Notes under the pieces: model-generated
What the model was told of the DNA's origin: nothing
The model's input: only the letters and a program-made list of their open reading frames with translations
Database searches by the model: none
Program-made: the position numbers and the translations under genes
Assembly (NCBI GenBank): GCA_947474875.1
Contig: CANJKY010000001.1
Coordinates: forward strand, 1-25,518
Source of the DNA: Gemmataceae bacterium
GTDB lineage: Bacteria > Planctomycetota > Planctomycetia > Gemmatales > Gemmataceae
DNA length: 25,518 bases
Direction of reading: 5' to 3'
Part shown: one piece after another, positions 8,527 through 18,801 of the stretch
Numbering within the stretch: the stretch's first letter is position 1
How the letters are laid out: each line of letters opens with the position of its first letter

Positions 8527-8730
8527 CGGCGCTCCCAGCGGGTGCGGATTAAGGTAGCCGATCGCTTCGTCGGTGTGGTAGTGTTGCCGCTCGGATTCAC
8601 CCGTCGGGAAACACGACACCCGCCGCGGAGGAATGCCGCACTCATGTGTGGAACGCCGACACCCGGCGATTATGCTGGTACGGTCCACCAACCCGTTGCC
8701 CGTCTTTCACCCGAATCGGGGCTGCTTGCT

Positions 8731-10034
8731 ATGAGCCGAGTGATCCGCCTGCGGTTGGTGTTTCTGCTGGCGCTGGTGGTACCCGGGTCGGCCGTCGCCC
8801 AGGTGCCAACTTATACCAAGTGGACGGGCAGCACGGCCCTGCCCAAACCCCAGGGGAACAGCAACCAGGGCTCCCCGCTCACCCTCACCTGGGGGTTCAT
8901 GGCGCCGGGCACGCCGATCAACGACAGCGGCAGCAGCGGGTTCGCCAACGCGAACAACGACCTGCAGACCCGGCTGAACACCATCTACGGCAGCCAGGCG
9001 ACGTGGCAGCCGCTGTTCCAGAGCGTGTTCGACCGCTGGTCGTCGGTCAGCGGGCTGAGCTACCAGTTCGAGGCGAACGACGACGGGGCGGCGATCACCG
9101 GCGGCACGTCGAGCGGGTTCCCCACCGGCGTGCTGGGCACCCGGGCGGACATCCGCATCGGCGGCAAGCCGCTGGACGGGAACAGCGGCACCCTGGCGTA
9201 CAACTACTTCCCGAGCATCGGCGAGATGGTGATCGACACGAACGACAGCTTCTTCGCCGACACCAGCTCAGGGTCGATCAAACTGCGGAACGTGGTGGCG
9301 CACGAGCACGGGCACGGCATCGGCATGCCGCACGTCACCTCGTCCACCAACTCGTTCCTGATGAACCCGTTCTACAGCGGGGCGTTCGACGGCCCGCAGT
9401 ACCACGACATCCTGGCCGCCCAGTACATGTACGGCGACGCGCGGGAGAAATCGAACGGCGGGCTGGGGAACGACACCGCGGCGCGGGCCAACCCGCTCGG
9501 CACGTTCGGCGTCGGCGGGAGCACGTCCATCGGCAACAGCGCCCGCACCATCAGCGTGGCCCCCACCGCCACCGACTTCGTCAGCATCGACTCGCAGACG
9601 GACACCGACTTCTACAAGTTCACCCTGAGCGAGCCGGCCACGGCGACCGTGAAGTTGGAGGCGCTCGGGTTCACCTACAACGTCGGCACCCAGGGCGGGT
9701 CGTCGGTGACGTTCGACAGCAAGTCGCGGAGTAACCTGAAGCTGGCCATCCTGGCCGCCGACGGCACCACCCTCCTCGCGTTCGCCGACGCCACCGGGTT
9801 TGGCGGGGACGAGACGCTCGTTTACAACTTCGGCGGCGCCGGCGACTACTACCTGCGGGTGACCGGCGAGGACAACCCCGACGGTGTGGCACTGGTCGCC
9901 CAGTTCTACGGGCTGACCCTGACCCTTACCCCGGTGCCCGAGCCGGCCACCGTGCTGGTGGTGGCGGGGGTGGCGCTGGGCGGCGGCTGGCTCGTCCGCC
10001 GGGTGCGGCGGGGCGGGGCTGCCGCCCCGGCCGG

Positions 10035-10050
<16 letters not shown>
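8731..10050 (+). CDS. Matrixin-family (metzincin) metalloprotease with PPC-like domain and PEP-CTERM tail
   Basis: Signal peptide from ATG 8731, ADIRIG, zinc motif HEHGHGIGMPH, Met-turn LMNP, PPC-like DTDFYKF...GDYYLRV. C-terminal VPEP, then a TM segment, then RRVRR. Confidence 0.9.
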
Positions 10051-11153
<1,103 letters not shown>

Positions 11154-11438
11154 GAGTCTCGGGGTTCGGGGGTGGGGCCGGCGCAAACTAGATGAATGAT
11201 ACGAAGTGCGTGCGGCGGCGTCCGGGATGTGGTGTGGTCCGCGCCCGCAGGTGGGCTCTGGCAGAGTAGGCGTTTCACGACGTGGATCGTTCGCCGTCCA
11301 AATTGTCTTCCTCTGAATTGTCGCCCTCGAACAGATGTGGACCTGGGGTCGGGGGGGGGAGGGGGGACGTCTCTCACCCGTCGTCAATCGGGATGGTTTT
11401 GGTTGTACGCAGATCGGGCGCGAGGGCGATGCGGTTGA

Positions 11439-12827
11439 TTACGCCAGCCACCGCTGGCGGAGGATGCGGAGGTCGGTGAGGGTGGGGGTGGGGGTGCCGT
11501 CCGGGGTGACGAGCGGGAACGCAGGCACACGGCTGCACGGGTCGGCCGCCGACCACGTGTCCCAGTACACCGCCCGCACGCTCGGGGCGGCCAGGGCGGT
11601 CAGGAACAGGTCGGTGCCCGGACCCGTCACCGCCGCCTCCAGCGGCAGCCCGAGGGTGTCGAACAGCTCGATCAGGTGGACGAGATCCAGGGCGTCCCGC
11701 CGCTCCCCGCCCCGCCGCGTGGCGCCGGGGATCACCTCCAGCTTCACCGCCGACGCCTTCAGCCCGGCCCGCAGCAGGGTGTCGGCGAACACCAGCGGGG
11801 AGTACGTCAGGTCCTCGTTCGTCAGGTAGTCGCCCCACGGCTGGCTGACGGCGAACGTGCGGTCGCCCTTCGGGTCCAGTTCCTGGGCGGTTTCGAGCAC
11901 CCGGGCGGCCAGCCGCAGGCGGTCGTCCTCCACCAGCCCGAACACGTCGGCGTGGTTGAACCCGGCGAACGTGTGCCACCCCCGCACCCGGTCGCGGTAC
12001 CGGGACATGAGGGTGTGGGCGTAGTCGGACACGAACGCGGCCAGGTTGGGCAGGTCGCCGGCGTAGGCGGCCACCCAGTCCGGCAGGGTGCCGTCGGCCA
12101 GGTCGATGAGCGGGCCGACGGTCACGTCCAGCCCGGCGTGGTCGGCCCAGCCGATGAGTTCGTCCAGGGCGGTCCAGTCGGTCGCCGACTCGTGCGGCTC
12201 GATCGCCCGCCAGTCGGGGACCACGCGGACGGCGTTGAACGCCTCCAGGTACAACTCGGCCTGGTCGGGCGGGAGCGGGCGGGACAGGCGGCTGCCGACG
12301 CGGGTGGGGAGCGGGCCGTGGTGCTGGTGGCGGGCGGTCAGGCGGTACTCGGCCAGGGCGGCGGCGGCCCGGTCGGCCAGGGCGGTGGCGGTGTCGACGA
12401 GGGTAACGGCGAACGCGGTGGTCGGCTCGGCGCCACTGACGACGCGGCCGAACCCGGCGGTCAGCCGGGCCAGGTCGTCGGCGAACCCGTTCGGCAGTTT
12501 CAGCCCGGCCGAGGCCAGGGCGAAGTGCATGGTCCGCACCCGGTTGACCGCCCCGCGGGCCAGTTCCCGCAGGGCCGGGTACGGGGTGTCGGTCAGCCGC
12601 AGGGTGGCGGACGACACCACCCGCTCGGTGCCGTCCGCCCCCCGCCACGGCACGCACAGGTAGCCGCTTTCGGTTTCCTGCCGGCGGAGGGTGAAGGCGT
12701 GCGGGGCGTCGGTCCGGCGGGTGGGCACCGGCGAGCCGTCGTACCCGCCGGCGAACCACGCCCGCGACAGGCCGACCCGCCGGTCCGGGGGCAGGTCGGG
12801 CGGCACCTCGAACGTGATCTGACCCAT
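11439..12827 (-). CDS. Conserved planctomycete protein with a GH10-like TIM-barrel region
   Basis: FNAVRVVPDWRAIEP...DWTALDELIGWA...GPL resembles the N-terminal half of GH10/clan-A barrels. The expected acid/base NE motif is not visible. Confidence 0.6.
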   Translation of the reverse strand: MGQITFEVPPDLPPDRRVGLSRAWFAGGYDGSPVPTRRTDAPHAFTLRRQETESGYLCVPWRGADGTERVVSSATLRLTDTPYPALRELARGAVNRVRTMHFALASAGLKLPNGFADDLARLTAGFGRVVSGAEPTTAFAVTLVDTATALADRAAAALAEYRLTARHQHHGPLPTRVGSRLSRPLPPDQAELYLEAFNAVRVVPDWRAIEPHESATDWTALDELIGWADHAGLDVTVGPLIDLADGTLPDWVAAYAGDLPNLAAFVSDYAHTLMSRYRDRVRGWHTFAGFNHADVFGLVEDDRLRLAARVLETAQELDPKGDRTFAVSQPWGDYLTNEDLTYSPLVFADTLLRAGLKASAVKLEVIPGATRRGGERRDALDLVHLIELFDTLGLPLEAAVTGPGTDLFLTALAAPSVRAVYWDTWSAADPCSRVPAFPLVTPDGTPTPTLTDLRILRQRWLA

Positions 12828-12926
12828 AACGGCGGGGGTTCGTTCGGCCGGGGTTCGGGCAACCCCATCATCATAGAGCGGGGGGCAACGGCGTGCGACC
12901 GGAGTGTCCGGAATCGCCCGGACGGG

Positions 12927-13784
12927 TCACCAGTCCGGCCCGAGTATCTCGCCCCCGCTGGCGGTGACGGCCGCCTTCAGCGTCTGCGGGCTGACCGTCT
13001 TCTTCACCCACCGCACGCTGCCGTCGGCCATGGCCGCCGCGAACACGTCCCGCTTCGGGTGGCCGAGCGGGGGAAGCGGGCCGGCCGGGTCGAACCGGTA
13101 CTCGCCGAACCGCGACCACGTCACCTTCTCCGCCCCCTCCACGTACAGGATGGTGTTCGCCGTGCCGTCCGGGAACGACTGCGGGATGCGGGCCGGGCGG
13201 CGGGTGTCGAACGCCGCCCCGTTGTCGTAGAAGCAGCGGTACCGGGTGGCCGGGTCGGTCGGGGCGTCGGCGTCGGCGTACGCCTTCACCGCGATGCCGG
13301 CGAGCGGCTGGTTGGCCGGGCTGTTCCACGGCTCGTCCGGCTTGAACCGGCGGTACAGGTTGTCCTGCTCCAGGTACGGCAGCAGGCTGACCCGCCAGCT
13401 CAGCCGGTCGTTCAGGTCGGACGGCACCGCCCCCGTCGGCTCGCCGGTGCGGGGCACGAACGGCAGCGGCAGTTTGCCGGTGGCATCGTTGTAGTTGTGC
13501 GAGGCGATGCCGAGCACCTTCACGTCGTTGGTCGACCGCTGGCGGTCGGCCGCCTCCCGCACCTTCTGTACCGCCGGCAGCAGCAGGCCGATCAGGATGG
13601 CGATGCACGGCAGGGCGATGACCGCCACCGCCCCGAACACGATGGCCAGAATGACCCCGGTGGACATGCCTTTCTTCGGCGGCGAGCGGTCGTCGCCCTC
13701 GTCGTCGAAGTCGTCGCGACGGGGCCGCCGGCGGGGGCGGTCGTCCTCGTCGTCGTACCGGTCGTCGTCGCGGTCGCGGGGCAT
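12927..13784 (-). CDS. DUF1559 family protein
   Basis: Asp/Arg-rich leader, TM helix, LLLPAVQKVREAA, SWRVSLLPYLEQ, DGTANTI, and the C-terminal H-X9-DG motif (HPKRDVFAAAMADGSV). Confidence 0.9.
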   Translation of the reverse strand: MPRDRDDDRYDDEDDRPRRRPRRDDFDDEGDDRSPPKKGMSTGVILAIVFGAVAVIALPCIAILIGLLLPAVQKVREAADRQRSTNDVKVLGIASHNYNDATGKLPLPFVPRTGEPTGAVPSDLNDRLSWRVSLLPYLEQDNLYRRFKPDEPWNSPANQPLAGIAVKAYADADAPTDPATRYRCFYDNGAAFDTRRPARIPQSFPDGTANTILYVEGAEKVTWSRFGEYRFDPAGPLPPLGHPKRDVFAAAMADGSVRWVKKTVSPQTLKAAVTASGGEILGPDW

Positions 13785-13949
13785 GGGACACCCTCCGGGG
13801 ATGGTCGCACCCGGATTTTACGAACCGGGGGCGCGGCCGTGAATTGACAGGCTCCGCCTATCACACCCATCCGGGGAACCGATTTCACCCCCGGCCGGCG
13901 GTCGCTACCATACCCGTACCATTCCCCTCCTTCCGGAGACGTGTTCCCG

Positions 13950-14531
13950 ATGTCCGTGTTCGTGACCAAACCCGCACCCGCGTTCAGCAGCCAGGCGGTG
14001 GTGAACGGCGAGTTCAAGACGGTCAGCCTGGCCGACTACCGCGGCAAGTACGTGCTGCTGTTCTTCTACCCGCTCGACTTCACCTTCGTCTGCCCGACCG
14101 AGATCATCGCCTTCTCCGACCGGGTGGCCGAGTTCGAGAAGCGGGGGGTACAGGTGCTCGGCTGCTCGATCGACAGCCGGTTCAGTCACCTGGCGTGGAT
14201 CAACACCCCCCGCACCAAGGGCGGGCTGGGCGACCTGAAGTACCCGCTGCTCGAGGATCTGACCAAGCAGATCAGCAAGGACTACGGGGTGCTGCTCGAC
14301 TCCGGTATCGCCCTGCGTGGGCTGTTCCTGGTGGACAAGGACGGGGTCGTCCGGCACGCCACCATCAACGACCTGCCGCTCGGCCGGAGCGTGGACGAGG
14401 CGCTGCGGGTGATCGACGCCCTACAGCACTTCGAGAAGCACGGCGAGGTGTGCCCGGCCGACTGGAAGCCGGGTAAGGACGCGCTCAACCCGAAGAAGGC
14501 GAACGAGTACTTCGAGAAGGCGAACAAGTGA
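13950..14531 (+). CDS. ahpC: Typical 2-Cys peroxiredoxin (AhpC/TSA)
   Basis: [14 protein letters not shown] (peroxidatic Cys) and GEVCPADW (resolving Cys); GGAGA RBS upstream of ATG 13950. Confidence 0.93.
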   Translation: MSVFVTKPAPAFSSQAVVNGEFKTVSLADYRGKYVLLFFYPLDFTFVCPTEIIAFSDRVAEFEKRGVQVLGCSIDSRFSHLAWINTPRTKGGLGDLKYPLLEDLTKQISKDYGVLLDSGIALRGLFLVDKDGVVRHATINDLPLGRSVDEALRVIDALQHFEKHGEVCPADWKPGKDALNPKKANEYFEKANK

Positions 14532-14539
14532 GTCCCCTG

Positions 14540-14566
14540 GCCCCCGGACGGCCGTCCGGGGGCTTT
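14540..14566 (+). terminator. Possible intrinsic terminator or processing hairpin between the peroxiredoxin and the kinase
   Basis: Perfect 24-nt palindrome GCCCCCGGACGGCCGTCCGGGGGC (14540-14563) followed by only TTT. Confidence 0.5.
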
Positions 14567-14576
14567 CGGTAGCCCC

Positions 14577-16220
14577 ATGTCGTACCGCACGTTCAAGCGG
14601 CTGCTCGGCGAGACCAACCTGGAGCGGAAGTGCCGGTGGCTGCTCGGGTGCGGCACCCTCGCGCTCATGTCGGCCAGCTTCCTGGTGTTCGCCAAACTGA
14701 CCGAAGGGGTGGCCTACGACCAGCTCACCCACACCGGCCGCACCCTGGTCGCCCCGGCCCTGGCCGACGCGCACGTCCGCCTGAACCCGGACGTGAAGGT
14801 CGGGATGGAGGAGTTCCAGAAACAGGCCGAAGTCCGCTGGCCGTCCGGTTTCCAGGGACACCAGAGGAGGTTGATCGTCCCCGACTCGGCCGACCCGGAC
14901 CGCCACGGCGAGGACGCCGACCGCGAGGTGTTCGGCCGGTTCCGGGATGACCCGCAACTGGCCGAGCACACCGTCGCCGAGCGGAAGCGGGCGTTCGTGT
15001 ACTACGGGGCGGTGCGGGCCGGCGAGGCGTGCGTCGCCTGCCACCGCAGCGAGCCGCGGATGGCCGCGTTCCTGGCCGGGTCGGCCGCCCGCCCGCCGGC
15101 CGGCCCGAGGGCGAACCCGGAGTTGGCCGTCGGCGACCTGATGGCGGTGGTGCGGGTGGACCTGAACACGGATCTGATCGAGGACGGCGTCCACCAGAAC
15201 CTGGCGTGGCTGATCGCGTTCGCCGTCGGCACCACCGCCCTCATCCTGGCCGGCACGTACCTGGTCATCCGGTACGTGGTGGTCAAGCCGGTGAAAGAGC
15301 TGAAGACCACCGCCGACGCCATCACCGCCGGCCAACTGACGGTGCGAAGCGACATCCAGACGGGGGACGAGTTCGAGGACCTGTCGCAGGCGTTCAACCG
15401 CATGCTGACCAACCTGGTGCAGGTGCAGGAGCGGAACCGCGGGCTGATCGCCGACCTGGACGCGAAGGTGGACGAGTTGGCCCGCGCCAACCTGGAGTTG
15501 CACCAGTCCGGCGCGCTGAAGACGCAGTTCCTGTCCACCGTGTCGCACGAACTCCGCACCCCGCTGAACAGCGTCATCGGGTTCAGCGAGGCGCTGCTGA
15601 ACGCCGACACCCTGACCGACAAGCAGGTGCGGTGGGCGGCGAACATCCACGAGAGCGGCAAGCACCTGCTAGCCATCATCAACGACGTGCTCGACCTGGC
15701 CCGGATGGAGTCGGGCAAGATGCGGGTGCGGCCGGAGGTGGTGAACGTGGCGGCGGCGTGCGAGGCGGTCGCCGGCCTGTTCCGCCAGCAGGCGGAGAAG
15801 AAGGAGATCGAACTGCTCGTGCAGGTGCCGGACAACACCCCGGACGTGCGGCAGGACGGCGGGAAGGTGCGGCAGATCCTGTCCAACCTGCTGTCCAACG
15901 CCATCAAGTTCACCCCGGAGGGCGGGCGGGTGACGCTGAAGGGCGAGGTTGCCGGGGATACTCTCACGCTCACCGTCACGGACACCGGGGTGGGCATCGC
16001 CCCGGAACACCAGGAGATGGTGTTCCAGAAGTTCCGGCAGACGTCCGGCACGCTGACGCGGGAGCAGGGCGGCAGCGGGCTGGGGCTGAGCATCGTGCGG
16101 GAGCTGGCGAAACTGCTCGGCGGGGACGTGACCCTGCACAGCGAACCCGGCCGCGGCAGCACGTTCACCGTCACCCTGGCATCGCGGCTGAAGGACGACC
16201 CGCTGGCTGCCTTCGAGTAG
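14577..16220 (+). CDS. Membrane sensor histidine kinase: periplasmic DUF3365-like c-heme domain, HAMP, HisKA, HATPase
   Basis: Two TM helices flank a domain containing CVACH (CXXCH). HAMP (VVKPVKEL...GDEFEDL..AFNRM), H-box SHELRTPLN, N-box NLLSNAIKFT, G boxes DTGVGI and GSGLGL. Confidence 0.92.
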   Translation: MSYRTFKRLLGETNLERKCRWLLGCGTLALMSASFLVFAKLTEGVAYDQLTHTGRTLVAPALADAHVRLNPDVKVGMEEFQKQAEVRWPSGFQGHQRRLIVPDSADPDRHGEDADREVFGRFRDDPQLAEHTVAERKRAFVYYGAVRAGEACVACHRSEPRMAAFLAGSAARPPAGPRANPELAVGDLMAVVRVDLNTDLIEDGVHQNLAWLIAFAVGTTALILAGTYLVIRYVVVKPVKELKTTADAITAGQLTVRSDIQTGDEFEDLSQAFNRMLTNLVQVQERNRGLIADLDAKVDELARANLELHQSGALKTQFLSTVSHELRTPLNSVIGFSEALLNADTLTDKQVRWAANIHESGKHLLAIINDVLDLARMESGKMRVRPEVVNVAAACEAVAGLFRQQAEKKEIELLVQVPDNTPDVRQDGGKVRQILSNLLSNAIKFTPEGGRVTLKGEVAGDTLTLTVTDTGVGIAPEHQEMVFQKFRQTSGTLTREQGGSGLGLSIVRELAKLLGGDVTLHSEPGRGSTFTVTLASRLKDDPLAAFE

Positions 16221-16261
16221 GGTGGGCAACCCCGCCGCCTCTGCACCAAGGGAATCGCCCG

Positions 16262-16771
16262 ATGCCCGCACCGAAAGTCACGCCCGACGGGTGGGTCGTC
16301 AGCGACCCGAACCTCTTTTACTTCTTCACCTCTCACGAACCGCCTCGCCCCAACGTTGTCTGGAGGCTGTTGTGGGAAGATGCCCGGAGTTGGAGACCTC
16401 TCGCGTTGTGGGCCACAGCCGCCGGATTGTTCGCGGCGGCCGTCATCACCGAGTGGTGGGTACCGGTGGCACCCGGTGTGGGCGTGCTTTATTTCTGGTT
16501 CCTGATGTTCCGGCGTACCGTGCCCTACTTCCGCGACAGCCCGGTGCTGACGGGTGTGATCGAAGATGATCTACGACCGCATCCGTTGCCGATTCTCGGG
16601 AACCTCTCGACGGCCATCGCGACGACCCCGGACGAACGAGAAATCCCGGTCTTCTTTTACACCGAGCATGTGACTGAGTTGTTCAAGCAGGCGCGAACGG
16701 TCGAGGTGGTGTTCCTTCACGAACCCAGTTCCCAGTACTGTATGGTGCTCGGTGCCAGGGCACGGGTGTGA
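16262..16771 (+). CDS. Hypothetical membrane protein
   Basis: ATG 16262 with upstream AAGGGA; 169 aa; two hydrophobic segments (LALWATAAGLFAAAVI, VGVLYFWFLMF); fills the gap between the kinase and the repeats. Confidence 0.6.
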   Translation: MPAPKVTPDGWVVSDPNLFYFFTSHEPPRPNVVWRLLWEDARSWRPLALWATAAGLFAAAVITEWWVPVAPGVGVLYFWFLMFRRTVPYFRDSPVLTGVIEDDLRPHPLPILGNLSTAIATTPDEREIPVFFYTEHVTELFKQARTVEVVFLHEPSSQYCMVLGARARV

Positions 16772-16783
16772 CGGAATCCAAGA

Positions 16784-16971
16784 ACCTCACCCCCCGGCCC
16801 CCTCTCCAAAGTGGAGAGGGGGTGTTCAAGCGAGGAACGTGGTGCCCGTCGTCGCCGCGAGCTTGCGAGCGGAGCCAGCTACCCCGCTCGCAGACTCGCG
16901 GCGGCGACACAGATGCGCATCCCGTTTGAACACCCCCTCTCCGGCTCGGAGAGGGGGCCGGGGGGTGAGGT
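16784..16971. repeat. Composite element: two inverted 46-nt repeats (family B) enclosing a second palindrome
   Basis: 16784-16829 ACCTCACCCCCCGGCCCCCTCTCC-AAAGT-GGAGAGGGGGTGTTCAA matches the reverse complement of 16926-16971 except in the 5-nt loop (42/46). Confidence 0.88.
16848..16908. repeat. REPIN-like imperfect inverted repeat (family C) nested inside family B
   Basis: Arm GTCGTCGCCGCGAGCTTGCGAGCGG (16848-16872) versus the reverse complement of 16884-16908: 22/25 matches, 11-nt spacer. Confidence 0.8.
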
Positions 16972-17020
16972 CTTCACGAACGCCATTCTCTCGCTCCCGC
17001 TTGGGGTACACCAATCGCTC

Positions 17021-17683
17021 ATGCTGCACCCCTGGACCCTGACCCCGGACGAGGCGGTGGCCCTCCAGACGGAGCTGGCCGGCCGGGTCGAGCTGTGCCC
17101 GCTCGGGCCGGTCCGCACCGTCGCCGGGTGCGACATCGCCTACGACACGTTCGCCCCCGTCCTGCACGCCGCGGTGGTGGTCGTGCGGCTGCCGGACCTG
17201 GTCGAGGTGGAGCGGGCGGTGGTCCGCGCCGAAGCGGCGTTCCCGTATGTGCCGGGGTTGCTGTCTTTCCGGGAGTGTCCCGCTTTGTTATCCGCCGTGG
17301 CCGCGTTGCGCCGGGTGCCGGACGTGCTCATGGTGGACGGACAGGGCGTCGCCCACCCGCGGCGGTTCGGGCTGGCCTGCCACCTTGGCCTGTGGCTGGA
17401 TCGGCCGGTGGTCGGGTGCGCGAAGACGTGGCTGGTCGGCGACCACGCCGAGGTCGGCCCGAATGCCGGCGACGCCACCCCGTTGACCCTGGATGGCGAA
17501 ACGGTCGGGGCGGTGGTGCGAACCGCCGACGGAGTGCGGCCGTGCTACGTCTCGCCGGGTCACCGGTGCGACGTGGACTCGGCTGTTGGGCTGGTGCGGC
17601 AGGTACTAAGCGGCTTTCGCCACCCGGTGCCGACGCGGTTGGCGCACATGGCGGCGAACGAGGCACGGGCGGCGGACGGCTAG
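17021..17683 (+). CDS. nfi: Endonuclease V (deoxyinosine 3' endonuclease)
   Basis: AGCD, FPYVPGLLSFRE, VDGQGVAHPRRFGLACHLG, GCAKT, YVSPGH. Start ATG 17021 (MLHPW). Confidence 0.95.
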   Translation: MLHPWTLTPDEAVALQTELAGRVELCPLGPVRTVAGCDIAYDTFAPVLHAAVVVVRLPDLVEVERAVVRAEAAFPYVPGLLSFRECPALLSAVAALRRVPDVLMVDGQGVAHPRRFGLACHLGLWLDRPVVGCAKTWLVGDHAEVGPNAGDATPLTLDGETVGAVVRTADGVRPCYVSPGHRCDVDSAVGLVRQVLSGFRHPVPTRLAHMAANEARAADG

Positions 17684-18055
17684 TTGCAGTCAAGGTTTCC
17701 CCGACTTGAGGCGATGTGTCAAAATGGGCGAAACAAACCCGACCTGGCGGCCCTGCGCCGCATCAAGCTGGAACGACTGATTGAACCCCTGCGCCGCGCC
17801 ATCGGGTGTAAATTGCCCAGTCGAACGCCGCCAATTTCTTTCACATGCCCCGGCGCGGCCGACGATGCAGAGGGGTAGAATGGACCCGCCCTGGGGTGAA
17901 CACCTGGCCCCTGGCGGTGGCGGATGGAGAGGGAACTGGACCGCCCCGCCCGACCGGACTAGACAGACACCACGATGCCTCCCCCGTCCCCCCGCTGGTC
18001 TGGCCGACGGAACCCGTCGGACCGGCGGCTGCGAGCGGCCCGACACCGCACCCTC

Positions 18056-18253
18056 ATGAGCGACACCCCGACCCGTCCGTTGAACGCGTCCGCCGACCCG
18101 GACGACTGTCCGCCCCGCCCCGGCGACGACGGCATCCGCTGGGAGCTGGTCCACCGCATGAAGCGGCTGATCGCCCAGGGGAAGCTGGACACCCCGGAGC
18201 GGTGGGCGCTGGCCGAGGAGATGCTGTTCCGCGCGACCGAGGACCGGCGGTAA
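18056..18253 (+). CDS. Small protein resembling the C-terminal part of anti-sigma-28 FlgM
   Basis: GIRWELVHRMKRLIAQGKLDTPERW resembles the FlgM pattern R.e.V..ik..I..G.y. This is recalled similarity only. Confidence 0.5.
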   Translation: MSDTPTRPLNASADPDDCPPRPGDDGIRWELVHRMKRLIAQGKLDTPERWALAEEMLFRATEDRR

Positions 18254-18287
18254 AATAGGCTCGGCCTGTCGCCACCGGAGTTCCCCT

Positions 18288-18773
18288 GTGCCGCTCCCCG
18301 CTGTTGCGGTGTCGCAAACCCCCGAGGAGCGGTTCCGCGAGTACCTGATCAGCCGGCCGAAGCCGCAGCGGTTCACCGACCAGCAGCGGGAGCTGGTCCG
18401 CCACATCTTCGCCAAGCACTCGCACTTCGACACCGACGAACTGCTGGCCGAGCTGCGGCGGTCGGCCCGGCGGGTAAGCCGGGCGACGGTGTACCGCACC
18501 CTGACCAAACTGGTGGACGCCGGCCTACTACGGCGGATCGAGATCGACTCCCGCACGGTGTACGACCACGACTACGGGTACCCGTGGCACGAGCACCTGG
18601 TGTGCAAGGGGTGTGGGAAGTTGATCGAGTTCACCGACACCGGCATCGTGGCGGCGGTGAAGGCGGTGGCCGCCGCCCACCGCTTCCAGGTGGACGGGTA
18701 CGACCTGGTGGTGAAGGGCACCTGCGGCGAGTGCAACGCCGCCGCCGCGGCGAAGCGGCGGTACGTGATGTGA
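18288..18773 (+). CDS. Fur-family transcriptional regulator
   Basis: GTG start with GGAG RBS; HFDTDEL, VSRATVYRTL helix-turn-helix, HEHLVCKGCG and C-terminal GTCGEC. Confidence 0.92.
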   Translation: MPLPAVAVSQTPEERFREYLISRPKPQRFTDQQRELVRHIFAKHSHFDTDELLAELRRSARRVSRATVYRTLTKLVDAGLLRRIEIDSRTVYDHDYGYPWHEHLVCKGCGKLIEFTDTGIVAAVKAVAAAHRFQVDGYDLVVKGTCGECNAAAAAKRRYVM

Positions 18774-18801
18774 CCGGCCCATCCCGACGGACCTACCCCA
18801 C

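Noticed and set aside
8251-8730. Upstream extensions given in the ORF track for the metalloprotease (also for carA, the protease, DUF3592 and the last VOC gene)
   Set aside because: They overlap opposite-strand genes or intergenic DNA, and signal peptides or family N-termini begin at the downstream starts used here.
13844-13864. Perfect TTGACA upstream of the peroxiredoxin
   Set aside because: The nearest -10-like hexamer (TATCAC) is only 9 nt away. An alternative TTCACC-N16-TACCAT (13884-13911) is too weak to call.
16811-17020. 70-aa N-terminal extension of endonuclease V
   Set aside because: It is just the composite repeat read through in frame. EndoV homology begins at ATG 17021. Translation from 16811 is not excluded but has no support.
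17690-18055. Riboswitch or structured ncRNA in the nfi downstream gap
   Set aside because: I could not match any known aptamer consensus by eye. An Rfam/Infernal scan would be needed.
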